Notes under the pieces: generated by a model
Database searches by the model: none
The model's input: the letters and a program-made list of their open reading frames with translations, nothing else
What the model was told of the DNA's origin: nothing
NCBI GenBank assembly: GCA_965644495.1
Contig: CBFFSA010000001.1
Location: 2,976,001 to 3,040,000 of the forward strand
Reading direction: 5' to 3'
DNA: 64,000 nt
Source: Perkinsela sp. CCAP 1560/9
Taxonomy: Eukaryota > Protista > Euglenozoa: Kinetoplastea
Position numbers and translations under genes: made by a program
Part shown: positions 20,850-32,161 of the stretch, in pieces
How the letters are laid out: the number at the start of each line of letters is the position of its first letter
Position numbering within the stretch: position 1 is the stretch's first letter

Positions 20850-22170
20850 ACTTTGATACAAACATTTAAAATGAAACGTTCATTCGTCTCGATAAAAATA
20901 GAGATGCAGACAATTCAAGAATCTAAAAGGGTCAAGAAATTTGCAGCCGGACTGAGACATTCTTTTGGAATTAAAGAATGTACCAAGAGAGGTCGGAGAA
21001 TGAGAATAACTGAGGCGCACAAGTTAAAGCGCATTAATTTGGCCAACACTTTGCTTGGCCTCAGGCAACTCTGAATAAAATCATTTAGAAAAATGAGAAA
21101 TTGTTTGATTGCGGTGTTCACGAGTCTTCTCAATTTTACATCGCCCCAAAAGATGGTCAAGGAAAATCAACCCGAACAAATCGGAGGTGGTGTTGGGGAA
21201 AGGGGGTGATGGCTTGGTTGGGGATAAGTGATGATCATGGGCTCTTTTCGCATGTATTTGAGCCCAATGGTGGGTGCACATACGAGAATACACACAAAGT
21301 CTCTGGGGAAGTGATTCTTCAGTCATTCGAGAGGTTTCATGGAGTACCTTGTGGGACACGCGTCTAATGTTACATTACAAATGGGCAACGCCACTACGCA
21401 CAATTTGGCGAAAGCAAAAGTCTCCAGTGAAAACATTGCTCTGCTGGACTGTTTCCCCAATTCCTCCGACCCCCAATACTTGGCTCGACAACTGTGCCTG
21501 TCACCACATTTCCAATAATAACCCTGATGAAAACACTGCGTCCCTTCTGCGTGGCGTGGTCTTCTGTTAAACCATGGTATTATATCTTCTTCGCTCTAAA
21601 AGAGCTAAAAAAGATGTTGAAAATACAGTAAGTTAAATGAATTAAAAGCGTAAACTTCTTATTAAATATTTTTTTTGCGCAATTTAGGTTGTTTTCCTCC
21701 AAAAAAGCTTTTACTGCCTTAAAAAGATCCCGCTATAAACAAAACGTTATGAACTTAATTAATTGAGTTCTAAACAGACTCAGAAAGGTATTACAAAATT
21801 CTGGAGGACACTGTGGATACTAACATACTGCCCCCCCCGTTTAAGCGCACCTCGTTTTCCGTGAAAAGTGTGCCTAAACGGGGGAGTCTGAATCACTACA
21901 TAAATAGTACAACGTTTACCATACCTTTATGGGTCCCCTGGGTCCGGACCCACCCGGGTCCTCGGACCCACGGACCCACCATAGAGACATACCATTTTTC
22001 ATTCACGTAAGCTTTACGTATACAACGTTTTTTCCTCCATTTTACTGTCTTTTTCCAAGTTTCATATTTATCAAAATCTTGTTTTGGCTGTTTTTCGGGT
22101 CACCATATGAGCACCAGGGAGTCCCTATGAAAACAAGGAGGCAAAGCCCTTCACTAGGGGAACGAGAGAA
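20850..22170 (+). pseudogene. Decayed relative of the Tc1-like element at 59609-61348
   Basis: NRRWCWGKGVMAWLGISDDHGLFSHVFEPN...YENTHKVSGEVIL, LQMGNATTHNLAK and LQNSGGHCGY*. A right-TIR remnant at ~22093-22165 is homologous to 61190-61265. Confidence 0.8.
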
Positions 22171-22533
22171 ACCACGGTATATTCGACCCCAAAGTTACCG
22201 AAAAACTGTTCCCGGAATTGTAAGATTACAGAACTCATGGTTACGAAAGGCACACTAAACGTAACACTGAATGAATTTAACATCATTTCGTGTGAAAAAA
22301 ACTGGGATAGGGTGATAGCACTAAAACTTGTATGTCGCGCCATTCATTTGTTACAATTCACTGTGTCCTTAATCAGTCAGTGTGGGGGATGTAGTATGCT
22401 GCCAGGCGATCTATAATAAAATTGTAATCAAATGATAAGTACATGTGTATGTACTCAAAAGGCTTCTCAGATTTTTCAAAGAAATTCTACCCTGCGCTCT
22501 ATGCATATTTAATATGCATAGACATATTTAATA

Positions 22534-22594
22534 TGTCAGACATAGAGTATAGACATTGTAATAATATTACAATGTCTATACTCTATGTCTGACA
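22534..22594. repeat. Perfect 61-bp palindrome (30-bp arms, 1-nt spacer)
   Basis: TGTCAGACATAGAGTATAGACATTGTAATA-A-TATTACAATGTCTATACTCTATGTCTGACA. Confidence 0.9.
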
Positions 22595-22749
22595 AGGCTC
22601 CCCGTCCGCTTGGCGTGGTATTAAAGGCTACGTAATCTAGACGCGACAGGGTTCTTATGACGAGTATGGTCTTAAGCTCTAGTCTAGAACGCTAAAGTAG
22701 AGCTTTGACCACAGCGCGACAAAAATCACTGTCGTGTAAAGTCACTGTG

Positions 22750-24213
22750 TCACTGTCGAACCGTGTCATTTATAGCTCGACGTATGGAGTGCCGAAGTAC
22801 ATCGCTACTAACAGATTCCCCTCTCCATGTTCTGAGCACTCGATTAGTAATTGAAACTGCCTGGGAAGGGGAGACGACCCGATCACGCACGTAAGGCTTC
22901 AGCTCTTCTGTAACTTCACGTACCAACGGCAGGCTTCGGGCTGTCTGTGGCAATCTCGAAACGTTACCCCTTTGGTTGGAAATCACATTGGCAGAGGAAT
23001 GAGGGTTAGTGTACATCACACGATTGCCACCCTTTTCCCTCCACGGAGGCGAAGCTGTGGTCAAATTGTTGGAAATCGCAGTAGTGAGGGAAGGAATAGT
23101 GCGATGAGCGTAGGAGTGCAACGCATTGCGCATGTTCTGTCGGTGCGTTTCGGCCAAATCATTCTGATGCTTCCGAGATGCAAAGTCATGTATACCCTCC
23201 TGTCTTTGTTGTGTGTACCACTCCTGGGCGGATCGAACGCCAGCGGTTGTGGAAAATTCGCCCGCGGGTAGAGATCTTGTGCTAGTCGACAGTGCAGGCG
23301 CCGGCGTACGCACAAAACCCGGTACCTGGAGACTGCTACTGGATGCTACAAGCGTGTTCGAGGATGGCTGAATAGTTGTAGAAAATGTCGGTCGACGCGT
23401 TTCGCGTGGTGGTGTGTCTACCACTATGTGGGGTGCTCGCTGCGCCATAGGCCGGGTACTTCTTTGAGATTCCCTCGGATACTCGGTCCGGCGTGGCGTT
23501 TTGTCTCTCTCCGACAGAAAACTACTGTGTGTGTAAGCTAACTCGAGCAGCGATAGTTCCTCTCTATCCTCCTCCCGTTCCCGTCGTGGACAGGTCGGCG
23601 GAGTTGTGTTCGGGGAATCAACCTCCACAAACGAGATCTCTCTCGGCGGCGTTGTGATCTCCACCTGCTCTCCACGACCCGGACTTCCTTCCCCCCTCGT
23701 TCTCTCCTCCCCCCTCCCCCTCACCGGCGTCTCCTCCCCGATCAAACTACACATCCCACAGAACCACTCCCCCTCCGGCACCCTCAACAACACCGGACGC
23801 AAACAATCACAATGCGCCGCCCCATCACACCCCTCCCGGGAACACAACAACAGCACCTCCTCCCGGTCCCCTTCTCTGCAAATGTCACACACAATCTCCT
23901 CTACCCCCTCCCCCTCCTCACTCTCCCCCTCCCCCCCCTCCCCCTCACTCCACGTGTAGGCCTCCTCGGGCCGCAGCACCTTCCGCCTCACCGTGGTCTG
24001 GGTGAGACAGCGGGGGGAGGGCTGGCCCTGGCGCACGTGGTGGAGGGACGCGATCTGTGCCCTGCACACGGGGCAGGTGCTCGCGGTGTGGGTGACCCAG
24101 TGCGTGATGCAGGGGAGGTGGAAGGTGTGGGGGCAGCAGGAGAGGGCGCAGAGGGCGAGCGGGGGGATGTCCCCGTCCGTGCCTGTGGGGTCGCAGATGA
24201 CACAGGGGGGCAT
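22750..24213 (-). CDS. RING + PHD finger protein (PHRF1-like)
   Basis: RING CVIC...CCPHTFHLPCITHW....STCPVCR. PHD CDICREGDREEVLLLC...CDGAAHCDCL.P.L..VPEGEWFCGMC. C-terminal EVTEELKPYV helix. Confidence 0.8.
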   Translation of the reverse strand: MPPCVICDPTGTDGDIPPLALCALSCCPHTFHLPCITHWVTHTASTCPVCRAQIASLHHVRQGQPSPRCLTQTTVRRKVLRPEEAYTWSEGEGGEGESEEGEGVEEIVCDICREGDREEVLLLCSREGCDGAAHCDCLRPVLLRVPEGEWFCGMCSLIGEETPVRGRGEERTRGEGSPGRGEQVEITTPPREISFVEVDSPNTTPPTCPRREREEDREELSLLELAYTHSSFLSERDKTPRRTEYPRESQRSTRPMAQRAPHIVVDTPPRETRRPTFSTTIQPSSNTLVASSSSLQVPGFVRTPAPALSTSTRSLPAGEFSTTAGVRSAQEWYTQQRQEGIHDFASRKHQNDLAETHRQNMRNALHSYAHRTIPSLTTAISNNLTTASPPWREKGGNRVMYTNPHSSANVISNQRGNVSRLPQTARSLPLVREVTEELKPYVRDRVVSPSQAVSITNRVLRTWRGESVSSDVLRHSIRRAINDTVRQ

Positions 24214-25284
24214 AGGGGGGGGGGTAGTGGGGTAGAAGGTGGGGTGGAGAAGGTGGTAAGGTGTAGATGGTGGGGTTACATGGGGGGGTAGGAGGGTGTA
24301 GGCGTGGGGTAGAAAGAGAGAAGAGTGTAGAAGGGGAAAGTGGAAAGGAAGGTAGAGGTTTTTTGGGGTGATTTCTGAAAGCTTAGGATATATAAATTGC
24401 GCTCTTCAACGGCCTTCGACACCCATCTTAGAAGTTCACGTTTCCATTTAAAAGCAGTCACCCGGATGACCATACACTGGGATGCTATACTAGACATTTC
24501 GACCCTCTGACATGGCTTAATCCAGAACATGAATTTCATCTTTGACATCTTTTGCTTAGCCGAAAAATAAGGGGCCAAACTGCTTAGCATTACCATTTTG
24601 CAGATGTTACTAACGCCGACCTTAGAGTAGGCAACCTAATCAAACGATAGAAATACCGTTTCTGTAAAAATTGATTTTATCAAGTTGGCAATTTTTTGGG
24701 GGGCAGTGAAAAAATTAGGAAACGAAAATTGATGAATTTTTAATCAGTAAAACCTTTTTATTATTTTACAATAAAAGTTTTACTCAGTTTTGCGAGCACT
24801 GTACACCCACTGTAGGTACTGTATACCTAAAGTACGAAAAAATATTTAGTTTTACTTCCCCCCTGTTTAAGCGCACATGGTAAGTGAGCTTAAACGGGGG
24901 GTCTGAATCACTACGTAAAAACAATTTGGCGCCAGGTCTGCACCGCAACTCTACATGTACGCTTAAACGGGGGGTCTGACCGGGTACGCTTAAGGGGGGG
25001 ACAGTATTATACATCCCTTGACAGAAGTGTGCTTCCCAAGCGAATTTTGATTCTTTTATCCGGTTTTGTTCATTTTTGTTATATTTTGCTGACCTCGTTC
25101 TGATATCGAAGTGACCCCCTAGTGTTGTATATAAGCAAACTATAGGACGGCATTGAACAAACCGAGGTGAACCGACATCGAACCTGGACGTGTTTATCTT
25201 TCATATTGAAAACTCTGTACATTGAGTTAGGCAAGAATTTAAGCAAAAACTGGCAAAAAAAATGCAAGAAAATGTGTAAAACGA

Positions 25285-26799
25285 TTAGGATTTGTGCAAC
25301 CTTTTAGGCAAGTGACTAGACGCTTCGGACTTGGTATCCCTCGAGTTTGAAAGGTCCATAACATCTAATGGTATAGGCACGTACTCTTCCATGTGAGTCG
25401 TGACTTGCTTCTCTAAGTCAGAAACATTACAAGTCGTGAGCAATGTCTCCGCAGAAGGCACATTGAAAGGAAGGGAAGAAGTTCCTGGGCAAAATATTCC
25501 CTCCTTTGACGTTACTCCATAGAGCAACAATGAAGGCAAAGAGCTCGTCGGTGAGAGGTCTGCAGGAGGTAAGGCTACAGCCCATCGATGAGAACGTACT
25601 GCAGGTCCCTGTGGGGTGTGTGAAAGTTGCCCTTCAAGAAGCAGCGCACTACCCTGTCTTGCTAATAACTCTACAATACAACGAAATGTAACATAGTTGG
25701 AGCAAAAGAAACGAGCCTGTTTTCCCGCAAGCTGTTTTTCTGACATAGAGTTCTCGGATGACTTCACTCGAGAGGCCAAAGTAGACTCCGCACAGGGAAT
25801 GAGATAAGAGGCCTCGCCACGCAGCCATGCAATGTTTATCGAGCACTGTAGCAGAACCGCAGTAACAACCCAAAGTGTGGGCCACGGAATAATATTATGC
25901 TCTGTTGAGTTAACACGTTGGCAGGGCACCGCATCAACGACGACACCAATGAGTGTGCGTTCTCTACCAGAATACTGTGCTCTGTGTAACTTTTGATCGA
26001 AAACAATTTCCACAGTTTGTGAATGATTTGGGGAAAAGGGTCCCGAAAATAAAAGACGGGAAACGGTTTCCGACACTCTACTTGGACAACAAAAATAACG
26101 CGATACGATAACTTGTTTAGAGTCGTTTTGAGAAGGGACCAAGTTGTGACTGAGCTTACGTTGGGAGCGGGAGAGTGGATCTTGATTGAACCCGGGAACG
26201 TGTATCCAGGATAGGTGTACTGCAGGGCGCTCGCTCTCCTGTTCGGAACAGTGCCATTCTTGTTGACTTTGAAACTCGACTAACAGAGAGCTGATATCGC
26301 ATATCGAAAAAAGGACTATATGGACCACGTAAGTCGAGTTATGTGATTGTAGAAAGCTGCTTCTCTTATCCGTACGGCAACGTTTACTGTTCTTGCGATG
26401 CGACAACAGTTCAGCGCTATCTCTTATACGGAGCGTGACTGCATTCTGCAAGGTGCAAAGAAAGAGATTCTCGCTTTTCGAAAAAAGTGCTTGCTTGGTT
26501 GAATAATTTGCATCGGGATGTCTAGAACTTGAGGCGTTCGAAGATCCAAAACAGTAAAGCTGTACATACTGTGGTTTTCTAATTACATCCAGTAAATGGG
26601 TGTAGTGTACAACTTCGCTACGTTGATTTAAGAGCAAGGTAACCTGTGGATTAATTTTAAAGTTGGAAGATAGTCTGTCAGAACCTGTGGATTGATTTTC
26701 GCTCCTGAAGCTCACCGAATCGCAGATAATGGAGCATAATCTTTCTAAAAGTTCGGATTGCCCTGGAGGTATCCTGGTATCCAGTAGTATGTGCAACAT
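25285..26799 (-). CDS. Hypothetical protein, possible M1AP (meiosis 1 arrest protein)-like
   Basis: Long ORF; the likely ATG is at 26799 (alternative 26934). The C-terminal N..TFRCIVELL...LLL.G...P...SLLLYGVTSKEGIF.P recalls the M1AP C-terminal region. Confidence 0.5.
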   Translation of the reverse strand: MLHILLDTRIPPGQSELLERLCSIICDSVSFRSENQSTGSDRLSSNFKINPQVTLLLNQRSEVVHYTHLLDVIRKPQYVQLYCFGSSNASSSRHPDANYSTKQALFSKSENLFLCTLQNAVTLRIRDSAELLSHRKNSKRCRTDKRSSFLQSHNSTYVVHIVLFSICDISSLLVEFQSQQEWHCSEQESERPAVHLSWIHVPGFNQDPLSRSQRKLSHNLVPSQNDSKQVIVSRYFCCPSRVSETVSRLLFSGPFSPNHSQTVEIVFDQKLHRAQYSGRERTLIGVVVDAVPCQRVNSTEHNIIPWPTLWVVTAVLLQCSINIAWLRGEASYLIPCAESTLASRVKSSENSMSEKQLAGKQARFFCSNYVTFRCIVELLARQGSALLLEGQLSHTPQGPAVRSHRWAVALPPADLSPTSSLPSLLLYGVTSKEGIFCPGTSSLPFNVPSAETLLTTCNVSDLEKQVTTHMEEYVPIPLDVMDLSNSRDTKSEASSHLPKRLHKS

Positions 26800-26960
26800 G
26801 GTCCAGAAGAAAATAGAAGTAGCATTAAAGGAAAGTAAAACTAAAGGACACCGCTTCGTAAGTGCTTTCCGTATACAGTAAAATATTTTGTAATGTAAAT
26901 AGGTACTCGGTAGTTTCTGAAACAATTTACACATACATACATGTATGTGCAATACAAATG

Positions 26961-27293
26961 CTATCTATTCAGATACGTTGATTCCATCGCTTTCTTCATC
27001 TTTTTCGCGAATGCATCAAGTGCGTCGTTTTGAAGCCGCATGCCTTTCTTGTAATCGTATTCAGCACTATTGTGATTCGGGGATGGGTCAGGCAGACTCT
27101 CTTTTCTACCCCCTTTCAGAGAACTCGAATGACAGAGAGCCTTTGCTATCCAGTCTCTTTGGTTCTTTCCGTGAGTGGAGGATCGAAGATGTAAATTGCC
27201 GGTTATATAGCGATCACGTCGGTTTGGCGTCCAACGAGTTCCTCTGGGTTTCGTCAGAGATTGCCTTTTAGAAAAGGCGTTAACAGTACTCAT
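26961..27293 (-). CDS. Small basic hypothetical protein
   Basis: 110-aa ATG ORF on the cluster strand between two genes; no recognised domain. Confidence 0.4.
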   Translation of the reverse strand: MSTVNAFSKRQSLTKPRGTRWTPNRRDRYITGNLHLRSSTHGKNQRDWIAKALCHSSSLKGGRKESLPDPSPNHNSAEYDYKKGMRLQNDALDAFAKKMKKAMESTYLNR

Positions 27294-27530
27294 GGGACTC
27301 TCAGTAATGGGAATTACGTATTGTCCGTGAAAAAGCTTGTAAGCCGTGCGAGCGAACTTTACTTTGGCTAGTAACGAAATTAAAGTTTGTAAATAATCAA
27401 GTCGATACCAAAATTATTTACTCATGCTTTTTTATTTATCAGATATTTTTTATTTATTAGATATAGTGAAGCAACAAAATGTGCGTGAAATAGTGACGAA
27501 CGCAAATTATGGTGTTATCATAATTTTCTT

Positions 27531-28916
27531 TTAAGAATCTTGGCACCCAGCCCATCGTGCGATGTATTCTGGATTATATGTCTTGTGCACAATGGAAGGG
27601 TTACGTCGAATATATCTCGCCAGAGCTGAAAGATTCTGCCGAGTGTGGTGTGAACCCTCTTCAAGATATTTGTGCCAAGGTTGCGAAGAGTCTTCCCGCA
27701 ATGCGTTGCTAACCTCCGGTGTATAATCGGTAGTTTGATAGGCATGTGATGGGAATTTCTCCAGTGGATTATTAAAAGAACTTCGATTCCTTGAAAAGCG
27801 GTGCTTCGTGCTTCTGAAGGAATAAATTGATGCTAAAAAAAGAATAACGGAGGAGCATGCCCATATATTTTTGTGGACAAGGCCCAAGAGCAACAACGCT
27901 TCGAAAAGGTATATTCCACTATTGGCGCAAATAAGCAATGGCCTGTCAAGATGAAGATATTGGAGTAGTGCCGTTATGAACACGCCCCATGCGACTAACA
28001 CGGGGTAAACCCATGGGCGTCCCATGATGTAAACGTATACAGTTTGCATGATGTTTTGAGTAAGAATACCTCCAATCAGATTCCATGCGCCGAAGGATAG
28101 TACGCTTGCAACTCCAATTTTTCCAATGCTCGTGCGACATAAATCCGCGCTGGCCCAGTAAAGGACTAATGCTAAGAGCAAGAAGCTTCCCAATGTAGCG
28201 CACAATAGCCATTGCACTAAACGAACTTTAATGATGAGCCGGGTTGCCGCAAGGACGAGTAAAAGCAGCACGCAGGAACAAAGAGTAGTCGTATCATAAC
28301 TGCGGTAAACATAGATGCTAAGAGATACTGGGCCATCGGTCACGCAACCAGATTCTTTCCGGATCCTTAAACTCGCATTACTATCAATAATCCAAAGAGA
28401 GAGTATTGGAATGGATGCCACACAGGACGATATTTCACCTGAGGTTGAACACGTAGAAATTTCCTGAAGTTGTTCTGGGAAAATATATTTACTTAATGCT
28501 AACAAGTCAGACCATTGAGAACGAAGTTGGTCGCTAATATATAGACTCTTCAAGTTGGTTTCAAATTGTAGTTCGGACGATGAATAGGATATTGGCACGG
28601 CTGGTTTTGCTTCAACACGCAAAGCAACATAAATGCTTGAAATAGGGGCCGAAAAATAGTCCCAGAACAAGGACGGTAATGAGGACCCATATTTTCGCTC
28701 GCGCTTCGTCGTCGATGAGTCCTGCAAAGTGATCCAACAAGTATCCTTTAGAGAACATTGTATGTAATCTCCTGCGTGTAAAGTTTGGAGATGCTCGCAA
28801 GGTAAAGACACTGAATATCTTTCATCCTGCTCAGACTTCAGTTTAGTTCTCCGGGTCTCTTCGGTGGCATCGTAAAAACTTGCATGCGTCAGAACGAATG
28901 GCCAGATCCACCACAT
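27531..28916 (-). CDS. NEMP-like nuclear envelope integral membrane protein
   Basis: Signal peptide, about 5 TM helices, and a C-terminal Y.EEGSHHTRQNLSALARY...NP..IARW matching the NEMP pattern Y..QG..ETRKALEELR...SP.RFA.F. Confidence 0.7.
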   Translation of the reverse strand: MWWIWPFVLTHASFYDATEETRRTKLKSEQDERYSVSLPCEHLQTLHAGDYIQCSLKDTCWITLQDSSTTKRERKYGSSLPSLFWDYFSAPISSIYVALRVEAKPAVPISYSSSELQFETNLKSLYISDQLRSQWSDLLALSKYIFPEQLQEISTCSTSGEISSCVASIPILSLWIIDSNASLRIRKESGCVTDGPVSLSIYVYRSYDTTTLCSCVLLLLVLAATRLIIKVRLVQWLLCATLGSFLLLALVLYWASADLCRTSIGKIGVASVLSFGAWNLIGGILTQNIMQTVYVYIMGRPWVYPVLVAWGVFITALLQYLHLDRPLLICANSGIYLFEALLLLGLVHKNIWACSSVILFLASIYSFRSTKHRFSRNRSSFNNPLEKFPSHAYQTTDYTPEVSNALREDSSQPWHKYLEEGSHHTRQNLSALARYIRRNPSIVHKTYNPEYIARWAGCQDS

Positions 28917-29251
28917 GGTTCAAATAGTTGGTTCACATAATATGAAGAAATTTTAAAATAAGCGCAAAATTTTAGAATATATTTTTTTGTATCGCTCCTA
29001 CGTGTCGTGGTCTTAAGGAGGCGGTCCGAATCCATCATATTTCTATTCCACCAAAATTCGTTAGAGTAATATTCTAGTCGTTTATATCATTTTACTTACT
29101 TAGTATGTCTAAGACTTGTTTATTTTAATTATGGGGTTGTCCTAATTTATGGTACCGCGCACTACTTTCGACATTTGATGTATTTTTCGGGATTCGACTG
29201 TCACGAACCTTAAAATGAGTCACGAGGCATGTTTTGCGGGTTTTCACGCAT

Positions 29252-30268
29252 TCACCTTTCCGAATCACCGCACATAATCCCGGGGCTCGATCGCAGATCC
29301 ATAACAGGCACTTGAATGCATTTACGGGTGCGAAAAATGTTGAGCGGGGAGCGTTGAAAGGTTGCACAAGCTTCCCAAGGTGCGTTCAAGTCCTTTAACA
29401 GCACATTCACACTCTGCGCATCCCATAAACCCGACAGTTGTATGGGACCCATTTCACAAACCTGTGTGTTTGACTGAGCCACTGTGACACGAGCCGTCGC
29501 ACGAGGAGGACCGACGACCTCCACAAAGGTACGTTTGTCCAACGAGGGCTGTGCCCGTAGATCTACCGACTCAGACCAATTTTGGTTCGCCCAGATGCAC
29601 AACAGAGCGGATAAAAAAATTGTTTTAAAAGCAGGACGTACACGTGCAGTGCCAATGATAAGCCCAACCACGAAATTGGCCACCAGAACGTGCCAAAGAT
29701 ACATCTCTGAGAGAATTGAAATTCCCACGAAGAATATAATCGCGAGCACAATACTTACTACAAACGCAGCCACTACTGCAGCAGAAGCCATTTTTCCATC
29801 AGCCCCAATGAACCCTTTGTCATAAAGTTTTCTCTTTTCCACACGAGAGAGAATTTCATAACTGTCCTTTATGCGCTGAAACTCAGCCACCTCGCCTCCT
29901 TGATCGGGATGATACGTTTTAGACAATTCGTAAAAGCGACGCTTGACTTCGGAAGAAGACACAGATCTATCGAGTCCAAGTCGTTCATAAAGATTTTCGC
30001 TCCAAGGCTTTGGATCTTTTGTAGAGTTCTGGGTTGTGGATGTAGTGAAGTCTCTTCTACAAAGAATGAAAATAGTGGTGCTTTTACTAAAGGTAACATG
30101 AAGATAATTCCTCAACACATCACTTCTTTCGCAATATGATGAGTTGATTTGACGAATTTCTCTATGCGCAAAAGGCCTCAGAATGGAATGGTATATTGGT
30201 ACAGATAGCCTCCTGGAAAGTCCTTTGGACAATAGATTCCTAGTAACTGATAGTGCCTGCATATTCAT
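29252..30268 (-). CDS. DnaJ-domain membrane protein, probably mitochondrial
   Basis: J domain NLYERLGL...EVKRRFYELSKTYHPD...FQRIKDSYEILS...RKLYD, followed by TM helices. Presequence-like N-terminus. Confidence 0.85.
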   Translation of the reverse strand: MNMQALSVTRNLLSKGLSRRLSVPIYHSILRPFAHREIRQINSSYCERSDVLRNYLHVTFSKSTTIFILCRRDFTTSTTQNSTKDPKPWSENLYERLGLDRSVSSSEVKRRFYELSKTYHPDQGGEVAEFQRIKDSYEILSRVEKRKLYDKGFIGADGKMASAAVVAAFVVSIVLAIIFFVGISILSEMYLWHVLVANFVVGLIIGTARVRPAFKTIFLSALLCIWANQNWSESVDLRAQPSLDKRTFVEVVGPPRATARVTVAQSNTQVCEMGPIQLSGLWDAQSVNVLLKDLNAPWEACATFQRSPLNIFRTRKCIQVPVMDLRSSPGIMCGDSER

Positions 30269-30519
30269 GGGATTAGGATGTTTTAAGAATATGGGACAAA
30301 ATGAACATCATACAGAAATTGGGGATTGTCTTAAACACTTCTTGAATAATGTAGCTAAAAGTGCTATGAAGGAAGGCATAAAGTTCGTGTCATAAAGCAA
30401 ATATCCCCCTGCAAAGAAGATCTCCTCTATTAAAGAAACTTTTTGTACACCGGTCTCGTAAGAAAATTGCTCATTGAGCGAATCTTGATAATCTTATATT
30501 ATCAAGATTATCAAAACTT

Positions 30520-30665
30520 TGAGCGAAGTCCCCGTTTACGAGTAAAGCCCAACTGCGAGCGTAGCCCTGGGACAGAATTATATTTTTTGGGGACCCGCGC
30601 GCTGGAGCGCGCGGGTCGTGCACTGAGAACCTATGTCTGCACCTCCGCAGGATTGTGTATTTGTT
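30520..30665. repeat. Dispersed repeat (second copy ~34745-34895)
   Basis: Both share AAAGCCCAACTGYGAGCGYAGCCYTGGGACAGAATTATATTTTTT...CTGAGAACCTATG...GCAGGATTGTGTATTT. Confidence 0.75.
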
Positions 30666-31224
30666 TTCCTATATGTGTATACTGCGACACCTAGTCGACG
30701 TGTCTAGGCCAAATAGTGAGCCGAATGACCTAGTTGATCAATTCGCGAAAAAATTAGCTTCTTAGAACTCAAAAAAAATCACTCCACTAAAAAAATACTT
30801 TCTTTAGAACGAATTTTAGAAATGTGACGCTCATTTTTTTTGGAAAATATGCGACGCTCTTTGGAAAAAAAGCGCTCGTTGAAATTTCAACGAAATGTGG
30901 ACACGTCATTGATAAAAAAACAACGAAGTGTCGCCACGTCGTTGAAATTTCATGATCATCAGGGAGTGATCTGATCAGGGAGCGTTGCGTAAGCCAAGGA
31001 ACATTGCATAAGTGATATGTTAGAAGTTGTGTCCAAGAGATCCTTCTTGGTTAGGAAGCCCAAGTGAATAGAAAGCCCAAGTGGATCCATCGAGCGCGCT
31101 ATTAGCGGATTATCCTATCCCCGAACGCTATTTTCCAAAATTGGAAAATTTACTGTATCCCTCCGGATACATACAAATCAAAAATGGTGTATAAAATATA
31201 TTATGATATTAAAATCGTGAAGGA

Positions 31225-31699
31225 GGCACATCATGATTTGGGCGTGCATGTCCCGAAGCGGTGTGGGACATGTGCGTCTAGTTCAAGGGAATCCGAATGC
31301 CACCTTTTTTTGCCACCCAGTACGTCGAGATTCTTGAAAAGAATCTTGCCCCCTCCATCGAAACTATGGGTCTAGACCCCCCAAAAGTCATCTTCCAACA
31401 AGATAATGACTCCAAGCGCACAAGCCATTGTGCGCAGCGTTACCTTCGGGGTGCCGGGATTGAAGTCATGCAGTGGCCCCCGTAATCCCCTGACTTAAAT
31501 CAAAATGAAAATGTGTGGGAGGAACTCAAGCGACGCCTTGCAGCGCAAGATGATCCACCAAGCGGGGTCCGAGAGTTGTGGGAGGGTAAAGATGGAATGG
31601 GCGAACATACCACCCTCAATATACCAAGCCCAGGTGTAGAGTTTGCCTGCCCGTATGAAGGCAGTGCTGAAGGCTCGTGGGGGGAATACTGAATGCTAA
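31225..31699 (+). pseudogene. Tc1 (DD34E) transposase remnant
   Basis: IMIWACMS..GVG, IFQQDNDSKR...QWPP*SPDLNQNENVW (34-residue spacer with an in-frame stop), AVLKARGGNTEC*. Confidence 0.85.
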
Positions 31700-32161
31700 T
31701 TTTACGGACATAAACTCTCTAAGGCGATTACGTTTCATCCATTTTTTGGGTCAAGATTTTCTCTATAAGAGGTAGCAAAAAAACCCCTCGAATGCTAAAC
31801 TTTTTTACATTCATTATTATTTCTTTGGTAGAACGAGCTGAGATAAACTATCTGTGAGTACTATTAGGTGACACTCATGCCTACACTACTAGCACACATT
31901 ACCAGCGCAACCGTGATATTTAATCAATGGCTGTATACAAAAGCAAAAAATCGAAAGGTTTTTTTGCTGAAGATGAAAAATTATAACGCCTACCTCACGG
32001 TAGTTCGGGGTCATTCTAGGCGGATTTACGGTGCATGGTCTTGCTTTGGCAAGTAAAAAATGCAAGATAAAAATGAGCTCACAGTATTTTCGGTTTTCGT
32101 CCACTATTATAGTGATCTTTAAAGATGACCTTAAGGGATAAGATCAAAAACGATTCGATCC

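Noticed and set aside
31483-31485. TAA at a conserved Gln position, suggesting stop-codon reassignment
   Set aside because: It lies in a decayed transposase. Conserved host genes have no in-frame stops and end in TAA, TAG or TGA normally.
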